DNA of 64,000 nt. Source: Schmidtea polychroa (taxonomy: Eukaryota). The notes below the pieces were generated by a model. That model had not been told where the DNA came from. It did no database searches and saw nothing but the letters and a program-made list of their open reading frames with translations. The stretch covers positions 44,022,001 through 44,086,000 of the forward strand of contig CM097885.1 in NCBI GenBank assembly GCA_044892525.1. Direction: 5' to 3'. Shown piece after piece: positions 14,302-26,803 of the stretch (positions are counted from its first letter, which is position 1; each line of letters begins with the position of its first letter). The position numbers and the translations under genes are program-made.

Positions 14302-15000
14302 TGCTGGGTTTTTTGTTAATTTAAGTCTGTTACCTCTGACTCCTCGTGTCCTTTAAATGAAAACAATAACGACCCAACGTATATTGGAATAACAAAATTT
14401 ACAATCTTTTCTCAACACTTTACAATCAATAATCAAAGTTACGTTTGACCGATTCTCCGCTTGGTGTTGATGCTTTGATAAAGATAATATTCACCTTTTA
14501 TTCCCTTAGGTTCTCTTGACCAACGTTTTCCTTTTGTTTCTTTGATTTGATCCTTTGTCACTCTTTTTATTCTTATTCTATCTCTCCTTTTACCCTAATC
14601 TCCTTAATTCGTTTTTGCCTTTTCCTAAGCTCTTACCTTACCTGAGGCAAAATGCTGATTTACTCTGATTTTCCCCTTCCTTATATACTCTTTGAAATCG
14701 GGATGACAAATGTTTATTGCCAAGCCGATCTTTCACTTGACATTTGCTTCCACGTACATCTGCTTCGGCTGTCACTCATAATGGTCCAACGAACAAAAAT
14801 AATTAATGGCTCGTCTTGCCTTTCTACACTCACTATCTTCTCCTTGCTCTTTTCCAATTAATCATTGTGTCAAGCTAATGGGCCCAAATCTTCCTTCTGT
14901 TTACTTTTCTTCTTGTTTACCCAGCTCGAGTTTCCTTCATCTCTCGGGTTCTCCATTGGCTCGGGTTTCCCATTAGCTCGGGTTTTCTATTAGCCAATTA
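14302..15000 (-). repeat. Partial 3' LTR (U3 end deleted together with most of pol)
   Basis: Aligns by eye over ~700 nt to 23992-~24698; joins abruptly to RT sequence at 15000/15001. Confidence 0.9.
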
Positions 15001-15954
15001 TCTCGAATTATTCCAAATTCCTTCATTGCTGAAATCTGTCTATCACTTTCCTCTTGATGAACGTAAGGTATTCTGTATGGCTTTATTTTAATTGGAGTTT
15101 CGTCTAATAACGGTATTTCATGCTCAATTACATTGGTTAAACCCAAATCATATTCATGTTTGGCAAAGATGTCTCGGTATTTTCTCAACAGCTCTGTGAA
15201 TTCCTTTTTCTGTATCTCATTTAAATCATTGCTTACCACTTCAGGCTCTTTATACACCTTGACATTTCTTGGTATTTTTCAATTTGTTTCAATAGACATT
15301 TTTGATAACTTTCCCAATTTTGTTTTTGGGTGTTACCTGAACCGGTTTCTTACTGCTATTCGTTATATGGACTGGTACTATCTGATTTTCCACTTTGACA
15401 ATTTTGTCACATATCGGTAGATCATATTTTTCGACTAGCGTTTGATTTGGTTCAAATATAAAATCGCCATTATCCACACTCATGGTATTAGCACAGTAGA
15501 CCATCTCCGATTGTGGTGGTATTGTCAATGTCTGATTCAAAAACACTTCACCTGCCCTGTGAATAATTTCTCCTGTTTCTCCTGCTATCAAATTACCTGT
15601 CTTTAAATCAAGTGAGATTCCGTCCAGCTGCTCTAATATATCCATGCCGATCAGACATCGTACTGGACTTCCCTTCATTATGAGCGCATCGTGCGCTATT
15701 ATTCGATCTCCAATATGGAATACGACGTTAAGTTGTCCAATTATGTTTAATTCGTTTTTTGATAATGATCTAACTATTTCGTCGGTAGGCTTTATTCGCA
15801 TTCTTTCCTTCGCGTTTAATACATTTTCCGATATTATTGTCTGACTAGATCCCGAATCAACTAAAGCTTCCACTTTATGTTTGTTCATTTGTATAAATAT
15901 TCAGGGTTGTTTTCCCCTTTTTGTTAATGTCATCAATTAGTAATTGCATGGTGA
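15001..15954 (-). pseudogene. Retroviral-type aspartic protease + linker + RT N-terminus
   Basis: VEALVDSGSSQTII...CLIGMDIL; KYRDIFAKHEYDLGLTNVIEHEIPL..PIKIKPYRIP. Confidence 0.9.
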
Positions 15955-15962
15955 GCCTAACA

Positions 15963-18900
15963 CATGGGTGGGCAAGTGCGGCCTTAAAGGCCGCATGCGG
16001 CCTAAAAAAACAAAATTGCGGCCTTCAGAACGATTAGAAATGTATAATGTTTGTGGCCTTCAAATCCTTTATAAGGGATTTTGTATATTATCGTTAATTA
16101 AAATCGTTCATTAAAGAGTAATTGACAAAAGCAGTTGGGCTAGTCAATAAGGAAAGGCAATACACGTACACACATATACTAGTGTGGTTAAATATCTATA
16201 CGTGGGTGTGAAAACAGGAGAGTGTGAAGTATTGTTATTCGTTGTCAGATTGCGTGGTAGCTTATCTATTATTGGTTAACACTCAGTCGCGTGATAACAG
16301 CTGCCATTTTTCATTTCAAATCATTATTTGTTGAGTGAAGCTGCCGAGCATACGTAAGTTCTATTGAGACGTATTGTCTTGTCTATTGGGATTACAGCGT
16401 TCTATCATAATGACAGGCAGATCATGCTTGCTATTGACTTCTCATGTACTCTTATTCAGTATAATCAATTGATTAACAAATAATTAATTGAGTATTGACA
16501 ATTTGTTATATTCCTTTGCAGCTCATCATCCTTTGTTCTTTCCATGCCGAAACCACCTTTATGTAAGAAATCCAGAACATTGGAGAGTGAGAATCGACAA
16601 TTCAGTGAAGAATGGAAGTTGGATTTCTACATGTCTAACAATGACAGCACAATGATGTGTCTGAGATGCAAACAACAAATAAAAACATTGAAACGATCTA
16701 ATGCGAAACAACATTATGAGAGCTGCAAGTCGTATATGAAGTACATGACACTAGAAGGTGAGGCAGTGGTTGCTATTGTTTGGGCATAAATAACTTGTAA
16801 ATGTTTTATATTTTTCCGCACAAAGGTGAAGCAAGGAAGCAAGCCTACGATGCACTGAAATGACAACGCTAAAAATTTTTTGTAAAAGTCCCCAGAGCTT
16901 AGTAGAATTACTTCATATAACATTCACTAGCACTGGGGCAGAAATCAATGAGTTTTTTATTGCTTTTCAGCTTTTTAACTATTTTTCAGGAACCATTGAA
17001 ATGTCGAAGGATCTCCGAACTGCTTGCTGGAATTGTATTGGCTCCAATATTCGTGATATAAGCCAAAATACATATAGATATGCTGACAAGCTTATCTCTG
17101 GATGTTTTGTAATCGAAAACCTGGACCGAGAACAGCATATTGATTTCTTAGAAGCATTCGAAGCAGCCGTAAAAATATGGCAATCTAACGTAAATTATAA
17201 TCAAAATTACCTTTCCTTTATGATTAATAATTCGTTAGAAAAACATGCTTTTTTTAAAAATGTTAATTTTAAAGAAAAATTTTAAAAAAATGTTAATTTT
17301 AGTGAAAACCCTAATAATTTTAAAAACACCGTAAATAGAATTAATATAAGTAATGAAAATTTTATTAAAAATCAAATCATTAAAAATAAAAATGTAAAAT
17401 ACCCTGATATTAAAAATAAAAACGTGAAAAAATTGACATTTTTTGAAAAAAAGCATGATAATTACTTCTTTAATGATTTTAGAAAAATTTATAAAAATAA
17501 AAAAGCTAGAAATAAAAAAAGTAAAAAATTAAAGAAAAAGCAAATTCAGAAAAATTTGTTTATATTTTCCTCAAAAATCAGATCCGATGACAACGCTAAA
17601 AATGTTACCAACTCTGATAAATCTCATAAGGACAGCTCATCGGCCCCCCGCAGAATCCCGAAAATGATTATCAAGGATAAATGATATCTAAAATAGCAGA
17701 TACCACAAAAAAAAAACTTCTGTATGCTAAACCAATACCAACAATCAAATTATGGAACCCCAAATCATCTATCTATATAAACTTACCAAGACCCCACTAC
17801 GCTAGTCCTATTCCAAAAAAACCACTTACTAATCAAGAAATATTTAATCGTAGAAATGCAAAATTAAACATAATATGCGTTTTGAATACCTCTTATCAAA
17901 TACGGAACCAATATATTCAGAAACCATAATCAGCAATACCAATGTACCAAATTCTATATTTACCAATCTTACTAACTTAGATAAAAATGAAATCAACTTA
18001 ATAGACGATAGCCCAATAAAAAAGAATACTGATAATACCGATAATATCAACGACAGTATAATTCAACTTGAAAATGATCATAACATATTCGAACCAGAAA
18101 GTGACAGAGATGATGAATATGACCCTGTTTTAGAAACCGATTCCGATGATGATCATGTCCCTTACATCAATTTAGACCTCAAAAAACACCTCAACCTTTT
18201 TTTTGATACTATAATTACAATAAACAGCGAAAAACCACTATGCAATACGTTAATGACTACTGAAAATATGAGCTACTATAACAAACTTTCTAAAGGATTT
18301 GAGGAGAGACAGACCATTATATCGGGGAAAAATAATATTAAAAAACCTACGAGAAGTTCACTGATGTTTTCAGTACACTAATTCAAGAGTTTGAAAAGCG
18401 ATTTCATGACTTTCGAAACCATGAAAATGACTTGCGCCTCGTGTCTGAGCCGCACTTGTTACAGCCAGAAACAGTGTCTGAGATGTATCAAATGGAGATT
18501 TTGGAACTGTGTGAGGATGCAAATTCTCGAAGCGTTCTGTCTCGTGCACCTGTCGATTTGTTTTCATTCTGGCATGGTGCCTTTCAGTATCCAAATCTAC
18601 GCAATCATGCTCGCCGAATTTTGACCTGTTTTGGCAGTACATATATATGTGAAAGCACATTTTCACACATGAATTACATTAAAAATTGTCAACGTATTGC
18701 TTTAACTGACGGTCATTTAGAGGACCAGTTGCTCTTAAAGACTACCTGCTTCGTACCATGTTATTATGCTCTCTCCACTAACATACAAGCTCACAAGAGC
18801 CATTAATGTACATTTTCAGTATCCACTTGGTTTGTTTTCTCTCCTATCACAGAATAATTCTGACTTGTTTTGATGTGTTATTGTAGGCAGTTGTTGAATT

Positions 18901-19014
18901 TCCTTGCGATATGAATAACAAACTAAAAAGTACATTATACAATTGTTTTGCGGCCTTGGAAGTTTTTAATGAACGTAAATTGGCCTTCAGGTGTAAAAAG
19001 TTTGCCCACCCCTG
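15963..19014 (+). mobile_element. hAT DNA transposon (GTF2IRD2/SPIN-like), transposase core replaced by unrelated sequence
   Basis: TIRs CATGGGTGGGCAA / TTGCCCACCCCTG, perfect 8-bp TSD GCCTAACA; N-terminal ENRQFSEEW..CLRC..HY (16544-16757) and C-terminal FGSTYICESTFSHM (to 18806). Confidence 0.92.
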
Positions 19015-19022
19015 GCCTAACA

Positions 19023-20722
19023 TATTCTTTCTCTCGATCTCCGCGCTAGAAGGCTCGACTCTCTCTCCTGTCATTCTTTCACATTGTAATGCGATATTTT
19101 CCACTGGTTTCATCTCTCGTAATCGATCAACTGGATACACTGGTGCTGGTTGCATAAATGATTTTGGTATACACAATTTTGTAAACGTGTCTACGCTACT
19201 CGCATTCAACAGTGGCTCTTTTAAGATTTGATAAGTTCTTAACACTTCTTTATTCATTCCACTTAGTTCTTGATTGTCAACATATAACGGTGCACTATCA
19301 CCCTCACCGTCATTGTCATTATTCTCGTCTCTTGAATGGGTTGTACTAGCGTAGCTCACATTTTTCTTTTTTAATATTCGCGCCTTGAGTATCTCCAACT
19401 CCTGATATTGATGATGAGTAATGAAGAATCTGGCCAATAATGGTATGCAATCAATTACTAGTTTCCACGACCAACCTGTGATCGCGTATAAACTGTGTGT
19501 TGAAAGAACCTGCGATATTATTACTTTGATTACAACACATATTAAATAAATTCCAATCAATCCGGCGCACGCTTGTCCAATGAACATAAATTTTCCCCAG
19601 ATCTTTTTCATTGTATTATACGTCGCTTTCTTGTAATGATCTGGAGTTCACAAATACTCGTAATTTACCTTCCACTTCCGCTTGGGAGAATTGTATATAC
19701 CATTTCCATTATTACTCTTTCTTTCTTCGAAGGAAATAACAAATTTCTGCGAGCTTCCTCAATGTCTTCGCTCGAGTAAATTCCACTTTGCGACAATTTT
19801 TCTAACGACGTAAAATTCACCAGATATTGTAATTCTGTCAATTCTAAATTTTCTGGTGTCTTCACTTCTCGATGATCTGGCAATGCAAACCAAGATTCTG
19901 GTGTTAGTCTGTATAGTGGTGCCAACAATCTATTGCACTGTAATACTTTCGGTTCCACGTCCTCTTCCAGTAAGATTCGTGTCACAGTCTCCATAAATCG
20001 CAACTTTTCATTTAAATTTACTGGTAACTCGTTGGTGCATTAGTCGTACTTTGTCAGTTTAACTGGTACCGCTTTACATTTATAGCTATATAGTGCTTCA
20101 CCGAAAATTTTGGCAAACACCCCATTTTTTGTAATTAACATTGGTGCTACCAAATTAGGATTGGTTATAGCCATTGCCATCCGATTTCGGAGTATTTCTT
20201 TATTGAGATTGCAATCATTTATAATAACTTCTCGGTACACATTTTCAACCGTATTTTGACCAAAGTGAAACAAATAATCTATTTTGTTATTAAAGTAATT
20301 TGTCAACTTAATATCTCCGGCATGAATATTTGTTTGAGCCTCTGTAATCACCTTTTGAGATACATATATACCTTTATAATTTGTCTCATAGACACTTTAT
20401 CCACACTTTGTTTTAGTTTCTTTTCTCAGGAATCACATCCCATCCCATCGCATCCCTCTGGAATTATTTCAATCGGTCTAGGTATCGATTGCATTTTCAC
20501 CATCGATGAGTGGCTCCATTTTCCACAATAAAATACAAAAGTAGTTCGTTTGATTTTACACTCTCTCACCTTTGCTCGTCGAAACCCAGATTTTTGATAT
20601 ACATGATATTTTACTGGATTTGTCACTTTAAATTTTACTGGGTATGCATCTGAACACTCTGTTACGTTTACTAACGAATATACTCTTCCCATTTCGGTTT
20701 GGGAGCAGTCGTGTGCCACCAA
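19023..20722 (-). pseudogene. env: Chuvirus/Jingchuvirales-like envelope glycoprotein (frameshifted), with C-terminal TM and cytoplasmic tail
   Basis: AHDCSQ..YSLVNVTEC, RECKIKR..FYCGKWSHSS, GEALYSYKCKAVPV, FMETVTRIL, SQSGIYS, WGKFMFIGQACAGLIGIYLI..IK..LYAITGWSWKL match the recalled motif series of chuvirus-like glycoproteins. Confidence 0.75.
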
Positions 20723-21160
20723 TGAATTCATCGTGTTTATTATTCCCAATAACATAATAATAGAGATCATCAACCATGGAAATGCGAGTTTTCCCTTTTT
20801 CCTTACTGTCTCCGTTTTTGGGCTCTCCGTCTTTTGTATCAAATTTTCCCATCCGCCATTGTTTGCAATCCACTTCATCAAATATTTATTCATCATTTCA
20901 GTGGCTTTCTTTATTAATGATTTTGAATTGTCAGTTTCCAAACAACCATAAATACCAATCTCCAATATTATATAGGCTAGCACTGTCAATTTTACATCTC
21001 GATCCAACGCGGTTCGTGTTAGGTCCTAAATTACTGCTTCCTCACAAAATTCCTTTTCTTCATAATTTCTTTTAATTATCGACGGTAATCTCCTTTTTTA
21101 TTCCGTTGCTAATCTCTTTACAACTCTTTTCTCCTCCGAAGTATCATCTCTTTCTGTTTC
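20723..21160 (-). pseudogene. Bcl-2-like module (BH2 motif followed by hydrophobic anchor/signal segment)
   Basis: KYLMKWIANNGGWENL fits BH2 consensus LxxWIxxxGGWxxF; preceded by a hydrophobic helix and followed by basic residues plus TM FPWLMISIIMLLGII; BH1 NWGR not conserved. Confidence 0.6.
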
Positions 21161-21490
21161 AGTTTCATCTAACAAGTACAATTTCGTAACTAAACTTTTT
21201 AAATATTCGCTCAGTTTTGCTTGATTCATCTAAACTCAAAGATTCAGTTTCCGCATCATTTTGTCGTTTCCGACATATCGCAATGTCATTTTCCGTTTCA
21301 ACGAAGTGCTCTTCACTTTTCGTTTCATTTATATTTGGTAATACCCTGTTATCGGTGCTCATTTCCTCGATATCCCTTTTAGCTTCATTTTCCGATCCCA
21401 TTTCCTCATTTTCCATTGTTTCTAATCTCTGCAATTCATTAATTTCTTGATCAATTTCTCCTGGGTCATCTACAACTTCAGTTTTAACCT

Positions 21491-22260
21491 CTACATTATC
21501 ATTATCAGTTTCCTCATACGGAGGCCATCTGCATCTCTTTCCCTTTCATCACTTTGCTTTGTTGCGTACACATTATTAATACAATTTGGGTTACATCCGT
21601 AATTCAACAAATATTCGTCATAATCCAATTTTCGTCCTTTGAACGTCAACATGATAATTCCTTCATTACCTAATATCTCCGCTACTTTTTGTCGTATTTT
21701 CTTTGCTTTTACACTCCAATGTTCCTGATAATATTCAATCCTTTGATCCGTAATATTCAACGCTATTATCAAAGACTTCGCACTATTATCTGCCACCCCA
21801 TAATCATGTCCTAGTTTTCGGATTACCTCTTTTAACTTTGCCTGATAACTTGTCGGTTTATTCGTTTACGGTACGATGCATTCAAACAACTCTTCTTTCA
21901 TGTCTCGATCCATTTCAATGCTTATTATGAAGTCGATACTCGCATTAATTTTATCTTTATTCCCTGCATACATGGTATCTTGTAAATCTGCTAGAATCTT
22001 TTCCCAATTCTGTCTACCTGAATTCAAAGTATTAACTGCATTAACGACATTTACTTTATTTTTCCAGCCTGGTATCAAACCGCAATCTACCAAGTACTTC
22101 TCGTCTTCCAGACATCGATTCTCAAATTTTAAATGCACTTGTCATCCACTGTATTGACTCAGTATATGCTCCTTTAGCTCTCTGATTTGTCCATAGGTAT
22201 TTACACGGAATTGGCACTTCACATTATCAAGTCCCGTCGTTTCCACTATGATATCAGCTA
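21491..22260 (-). pseudogene. Two tandem ubiquitin-like domains within the retroelement polyprotein
   Basis: IRELKEHILSQYSG*QVHLKFENRCLEDEKYLVDCGL and KKIRQKVAEILGNEGIIMLTFKGRKLDYDEYLLNYGC follow the UBL pattern LK..I....LxFxG+xLxDxxxLxxYG; ORFs at 22642, 22138 and 21796 share one frame. Confidence 0.6.
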
Positions 22261-22605
22261 AATCCCTTGTTGACCGTAAAGCCTTGCCAAACTTCTGCAT
22301 TTGTTTAAGTATCTCATCGTCTCTGTTTACTTTAAATAGCTTTACACATAAATTTATTGCTCTTTTTAGTTCACTTTGGGTTAGTGACATCAAACTAAGT
22401 TCTGCGATCCATTGTTTCAACTGGGAGTTGTCAGTTTCCATTCTCGCAAGCCATCTTTCAACTCGGGCTAACAGTGCAGTCGGATTCTCATCTGATGCGA
22501 TTTTTCTCACTTTCGTGGCGGGTTTTTCCTCACCTTCTGACACAGTTCCAATTATCATATGAGATTCAGTTTCCTCGTCTGATTCGAATTTAGCCACTAA
22601 TTTGT

Positions 22606-23817
22606 TCAACTTCTGTCGCATTTCTCGAAATTCCTTTTCCATTTTGTCTTGAAATTCCTCTCTCTACGCATATTGCTGGTATTTGGCATATCTTCTTGGA
22701 ATCTAATCGATTTCTTTAATATAGGTCTGCTAAATCTTTCTGAGTTCCTTGGGCATGATCGCGCCATATGACCGTATCCCTTGCACGAATGGCATTGTAT
22801 TTGTCCATTGGTATTCACTTTGTCCCTTTGTGATGAAGGTGACGTTGACGATGATCTTGATCTAGTGAAACAATTTCTGCTAATATGCCCTTTCTTTCCG
22901 CATCGATAGCATTCGACATCACTGCTGATCTTTTTGTTATCTGTGAATCTCTTGTTAGGGCTGGGATTTTTCCCATATTTGAACCAACATTGATTGAAGT
23001 AGTGTCCGGACTGTTTGTAATGTTCGCACTGAGGGTTGTTTACCTGTCCATTTGATTGCACGTTCATGGCTGATCTACTGGCTTGAAATTTATTATTTGG
23101 TCTCAAAATTGGACTACTGATCTGGTTTATTTTCTTTTCATCCCATGGTACTCTTACAGGAGTAATTGACCGCTCACGTCTCTTCACATTAACTCCAAAA
23201 GCATCTGATCTTTTCGCACTTTTTAAATTCAGCTCTATCTTCATGGCTTTCTTCACGAGCTCATCGAAATTAGAAAAATCCACATAACATAGGGTCTTTT
23301 TAATTTCGGAGTGGACTCCGGTTATAAACTGATCTTCTAACCACTCTTTAACCTGCTTGGCCATATCTACTTGATCTGGTTTGACTTCAAAGGCTTTATC
23401 TGCTAAAGTGTTCAGATGATAAGCGAACTCACTGACCGATTCATCTGAACCTTGAACTCGATTATAAAATTTCTGTTTCATGATTCTTTTGATATACCCA
23501 TCCACCAGTTTCAGTGCCATTGCATCCTTCAATTTGGTCCAATCATTACCAACGTTTCGTTTATCTACTTCCCTTGCTGCACCCTTCAAATAGAGTTGGA
23601 ATCTCTGAACCATAATGGATTGTGTTCATCCGTATGCTGAGGCATACATATAATAATCTCCCATGAAATCCGCGAATTCAACAGGGTCTCCTTCATATTG
23701 ATTGACGGGTAATTTTTGGCAACTTGCGAAATCAATCATCTCTCTATTGAGAGGTATAACAGCATTATCATTTGCCATTTGAACTTGTTTTTGACTTCTG
23801 AGGTTGTATCGATTCAC
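22606..23817 (-). pseudogene. gag: Gag with three CCHC-type zinc knuckles (one in-frame TGA at 23626-23628)
   Basis: QGSDESVSEFAYHLNTLA..F, DQFITG, CYRCGKKGHISRNC, CHSCKGYGHMARSC; ORFs 23817 and 23613 are in the same frame. Confidence 0.9.
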
Positions 23818-23965
23818 TTAGAGCTAAACTTCAAACGTTAAACAATAATTTAAAATTACTTTTCAACTTCTTTTAAATCTTCCAATAATAGCCTTTAATA
23901 TCTATCTCGTCAGCACTATTTTCCAAATATTTTCCACTACTTTCAATAATTCTCAGCCGACTTTC

Positions 23966-23984
23966 AATCACGTCGGGCTCACCA
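23966..23984 (-). promoter_or_regulatory. Primer binding site, tRNA-Trp
   Basis: Plus strand AATCACGTCGGGCTCACCA is one mismatch from the eukaryotic tRNA-Trp 3' end AATCACGTCGGGGTCACCA; 7 nt from the LTR end. Confidence 0.85.
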
Positions 23985-23991
23985 GAATATA

Positions 23992-25053
23992 TGTTGGGTT
24001 TTTAGTTAATTTAAGACGGTTACCTCTGACTCCTCGTGTCCTTTAAATCAAACAAAACAACTACCCAACGTATATTGGAATAACAAAATTTACAATCTTT
24101 TCTCAACACTTTACAATCAATAATCAAAGTTACGTTTGACCGATTCTCAGCACGGCGTTGATGCTTTAACAACAGATAATATTCACATTTTATTTCTTTA
24201 GATTCTATTGATCCACGTTTTCCTCTTTTTCTGTTTGATTTGATTCTTTTCCACCTTTCCGTATTCCTATTCTATATCTTCTTTTCCCTATCTCCTTAAT
24301 TCGTTTTACCTCTCGACTATTCTCGATTCTTCTTACCTTACCTGAGGCAAAATGCTGATTTGCTCTGATTTTCCCATTCCTTATATACTCTTTGAAATCG
24401 GGATGACAAATGGTTATTGCCGAGCCAATCTTTCACTTGACATTTGCTTCCACGTATCTGCTTCCGCTGTCACTCATAATGGTCCAACGAACAAAGATAA
24501 TTAATGGCCCGTCCGGCCTTTCTACACGCACTATCTTCTCCTTGCTCTTTTCCAATTAATCATTGTGTCAAGCTAATGGGCCCAAATCTTCCTTCTGTTT
24601 ACTTTTCTTCTTGTTTACCCAGCTCGAGTTTCCTTCATCCCTCGGGTTCTCCATTGGCTCGGGTTTCCCATTAGCTCGGGGTTTCTATTAGCTAATTAAT
24701 TAATTAATTAACGTTTTCTGTTTTTACACATTTGAATGCTTTTCGACCCTTCCTAACCATTTTCTGATAAATCCCTAATCATCATCTTGTTGACCATTAG
24801 CTAATCTATACCTGTCCCGTTTTCCCAATTCGATTTCGATGATTTTACAATTTATTGATTTTTCTCGGATTTCCGGATTCTTGCCTTTTGCAATTGCTTT
24901 TGGCATTTTCTAATATTGCTTCCATCACACTTTCCTTTACTATCAATTCTGTGCATGATCACGCTTTTATTTTTCTTTTTTCTTCACTTGCTTTTTATTT
25001 AAATTATTAACCTAAATTTCATTTAAATTTATTTTAATTTACAGACCTCAACA
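23992..25053 (-). repeat. Complete 5' LTR (1062 bp)
   Basis: TGTTG...CAACA termini, adjacent PBS, homology to 14302-15000. Confidence 0.9.
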
Positions 25054-25057
25054 ACAA

Positions 25058-25238
<181 letters not shown>

Positions 25239-25239
25239 T

Positions 25240-26060
25240 TATTAAGAAGAGAGTTTGAAGACTATAAATCAGTAATATATCGATGTTTGTTGATACTCAT
25301 GAATTTTCGACATGCATTTTTCAAGTGAATTTGATCATTATTACATTTAATAATTATTGCTGGTAAAAAATTTATTTATTTCGTATTTTATAATAAATTT
25401 ATTGATTTAATTATAATTTATTTATATTTCATTTTAATTACCCAAATAATATTTCCTATTTTTTAAATTTTAAATTCTATAATTTATTTTAATTTTTAAT
25501 TTTTTAATATTTTATTTTTTATATTTTAAATATTTTTTTAATTTTAAATTTTAAATCTAATTAAATATTAATTTAAGTATTAATTTAGTTGAATGTTGAT
25601 GGAAGGTTTAAGTTTTTGGATATAAAGAGTCTCCGTAGCTAATCTTTGCAATGAATTTTCAACGCATTTTGAACATTTTGCATTTTGTTTCGTGTAAGAG
25701 TGGTGCTGATTTGTGCACTTTTTTCCAGTGTTCGTGATAATTGCTGGTTTTGCTCTTGACGTGTTCGTTGAGTCTTGTTTGGAACGTTCTATGTGTTTCG
25801 CCTATGTACGATGCGTCACATCTTGTGCAAGTAATTTGGTAAACAATTTTCTTTGAGAAGCAGAAACATTTTGTGGAGGATTGGCATATACAATCTCGAT
25901 GAAATAGGTCTGGTGTTAGAGATTTTTGAGTTTTACGAAGCAGTTATTTCAAAGATGCAGCAGTTATAAAATTTGGGCGAATATGAACTGGCAACTCCAT
26001 ATTGCGAATGTAAGCTCTGATTGTATTACATGTCTTATAAGTTTAAAAAAGGGAAGCGTA
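25240..26060 (-). mobile_element. Penelope-like element 3' fragment (GIY-YIG endonuclease + terminal repeat)
   Basis: Minus-strand translation IVYQITCTRCDASYIGETHRTFQTRLNEH ... IQKLKPSINIQ; degenerate hammerhead-like core near 25297-25330. Confidence 0.75.
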
Positions 26061-26399
26061 TGTAGGTATATTACTGATATATTATATATAATCTATATAA
26101 ACTATGTTGACCACTTCAGGAACAATTAACCCACTACCTCCGTGGCGTGAACCATGAAGTCATTAGGACTTTTAGTGGGATCCACTACATTTTAATGATG
26201 CTTGCGAGGTCATATACCTACATAATCGCAGTGGGCTGTGCACCCAACAACGATGTTAAATTAATTGGATGCAAAGCTGGCAATGGTCGTGCCCATATTT
26301 CGGGCGCAATCGATCATGGTCACCTTCGCTAAATAAAGAAAATTAATAACGAATAGCATAAAATTATGACAATATTCTAAATGAGAATTTCAAAGATAT

Positions 26400-26600
26400 G
26401 GAAGTAACAAAATATCATGCATCACTGAAAAGTGACAAGTTTCCAAATTTACAACACCTTGCCATGAAAATGTTTGTTTTATTTACATCAACTTACATAT
26501 GTGAATAAACTTTCTCTTACATGAACATCAATAGATCAAAGTATCGATCTCAGCTGTCTGATACAAATCTGGATTCTATACAACGGATTTTGGAAAACTA
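26400..26600 (+). pseudogene. hAT transposase C-terminal dimerisation-domain relic
   Basis: KFPNLQHLAMKMFVLFTSTYICE*TFSYMNINRSKYRSQLSDTNL. Confidence 0.7.
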
Positions 26601-26803
26601 ATATAAAACTGTTAACAATTTCAAAAGTTTCATTAAATGTTATATTTTAAATAAACTATAAATAAAGCATGCATTCATCGAAGTAACTGCTAAAAGACTA
26701 TTATTATGATTAACTAGAGTTACTAGACAATTTCCTTTTAGCATCTCAATATAATTATTTTTAATTTGTCAAATATTTGGTAATATTTATGTTTATATTC
26801 CTA

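Larger units (their letters stand above)
14302..25053 (-). mobile_element. Ty3/Gypsy-type LTR retroelement with accessory domains and env between gag and pol; internally deleted (most RT, RNase H, IN lost) and interrupted by a hAT
   Basis: 5' LTR 23992-25053, partial 3' LTR 14302-15000, tRNA-Trp PBS, gag with CCHC knuckles, DSG protease, Gypsy-type RT N-terminus. Confidence 0.9.

Noticed and set aside
18847..19014. C-terminal extension of the glycoprotein ORF (QGWANFLHLK...)
   Set aside because: Read-through into the antisense strand of the hAT right end
23966..23984. tRNA genes at the tRNA-like segments here, at 43628-43638 and at 54877-54894
   Set aside because: Only short 3'-end matches including CCA next to LTRs; these are primer binding sites
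14298..25057. TSD for the env-bearing Gypsy element (ACAT versus ACAA)
   Set aside because: Only 3 of 4 match and the right flank is microsatellite, so it cannot prove both LTRs come from one insertion
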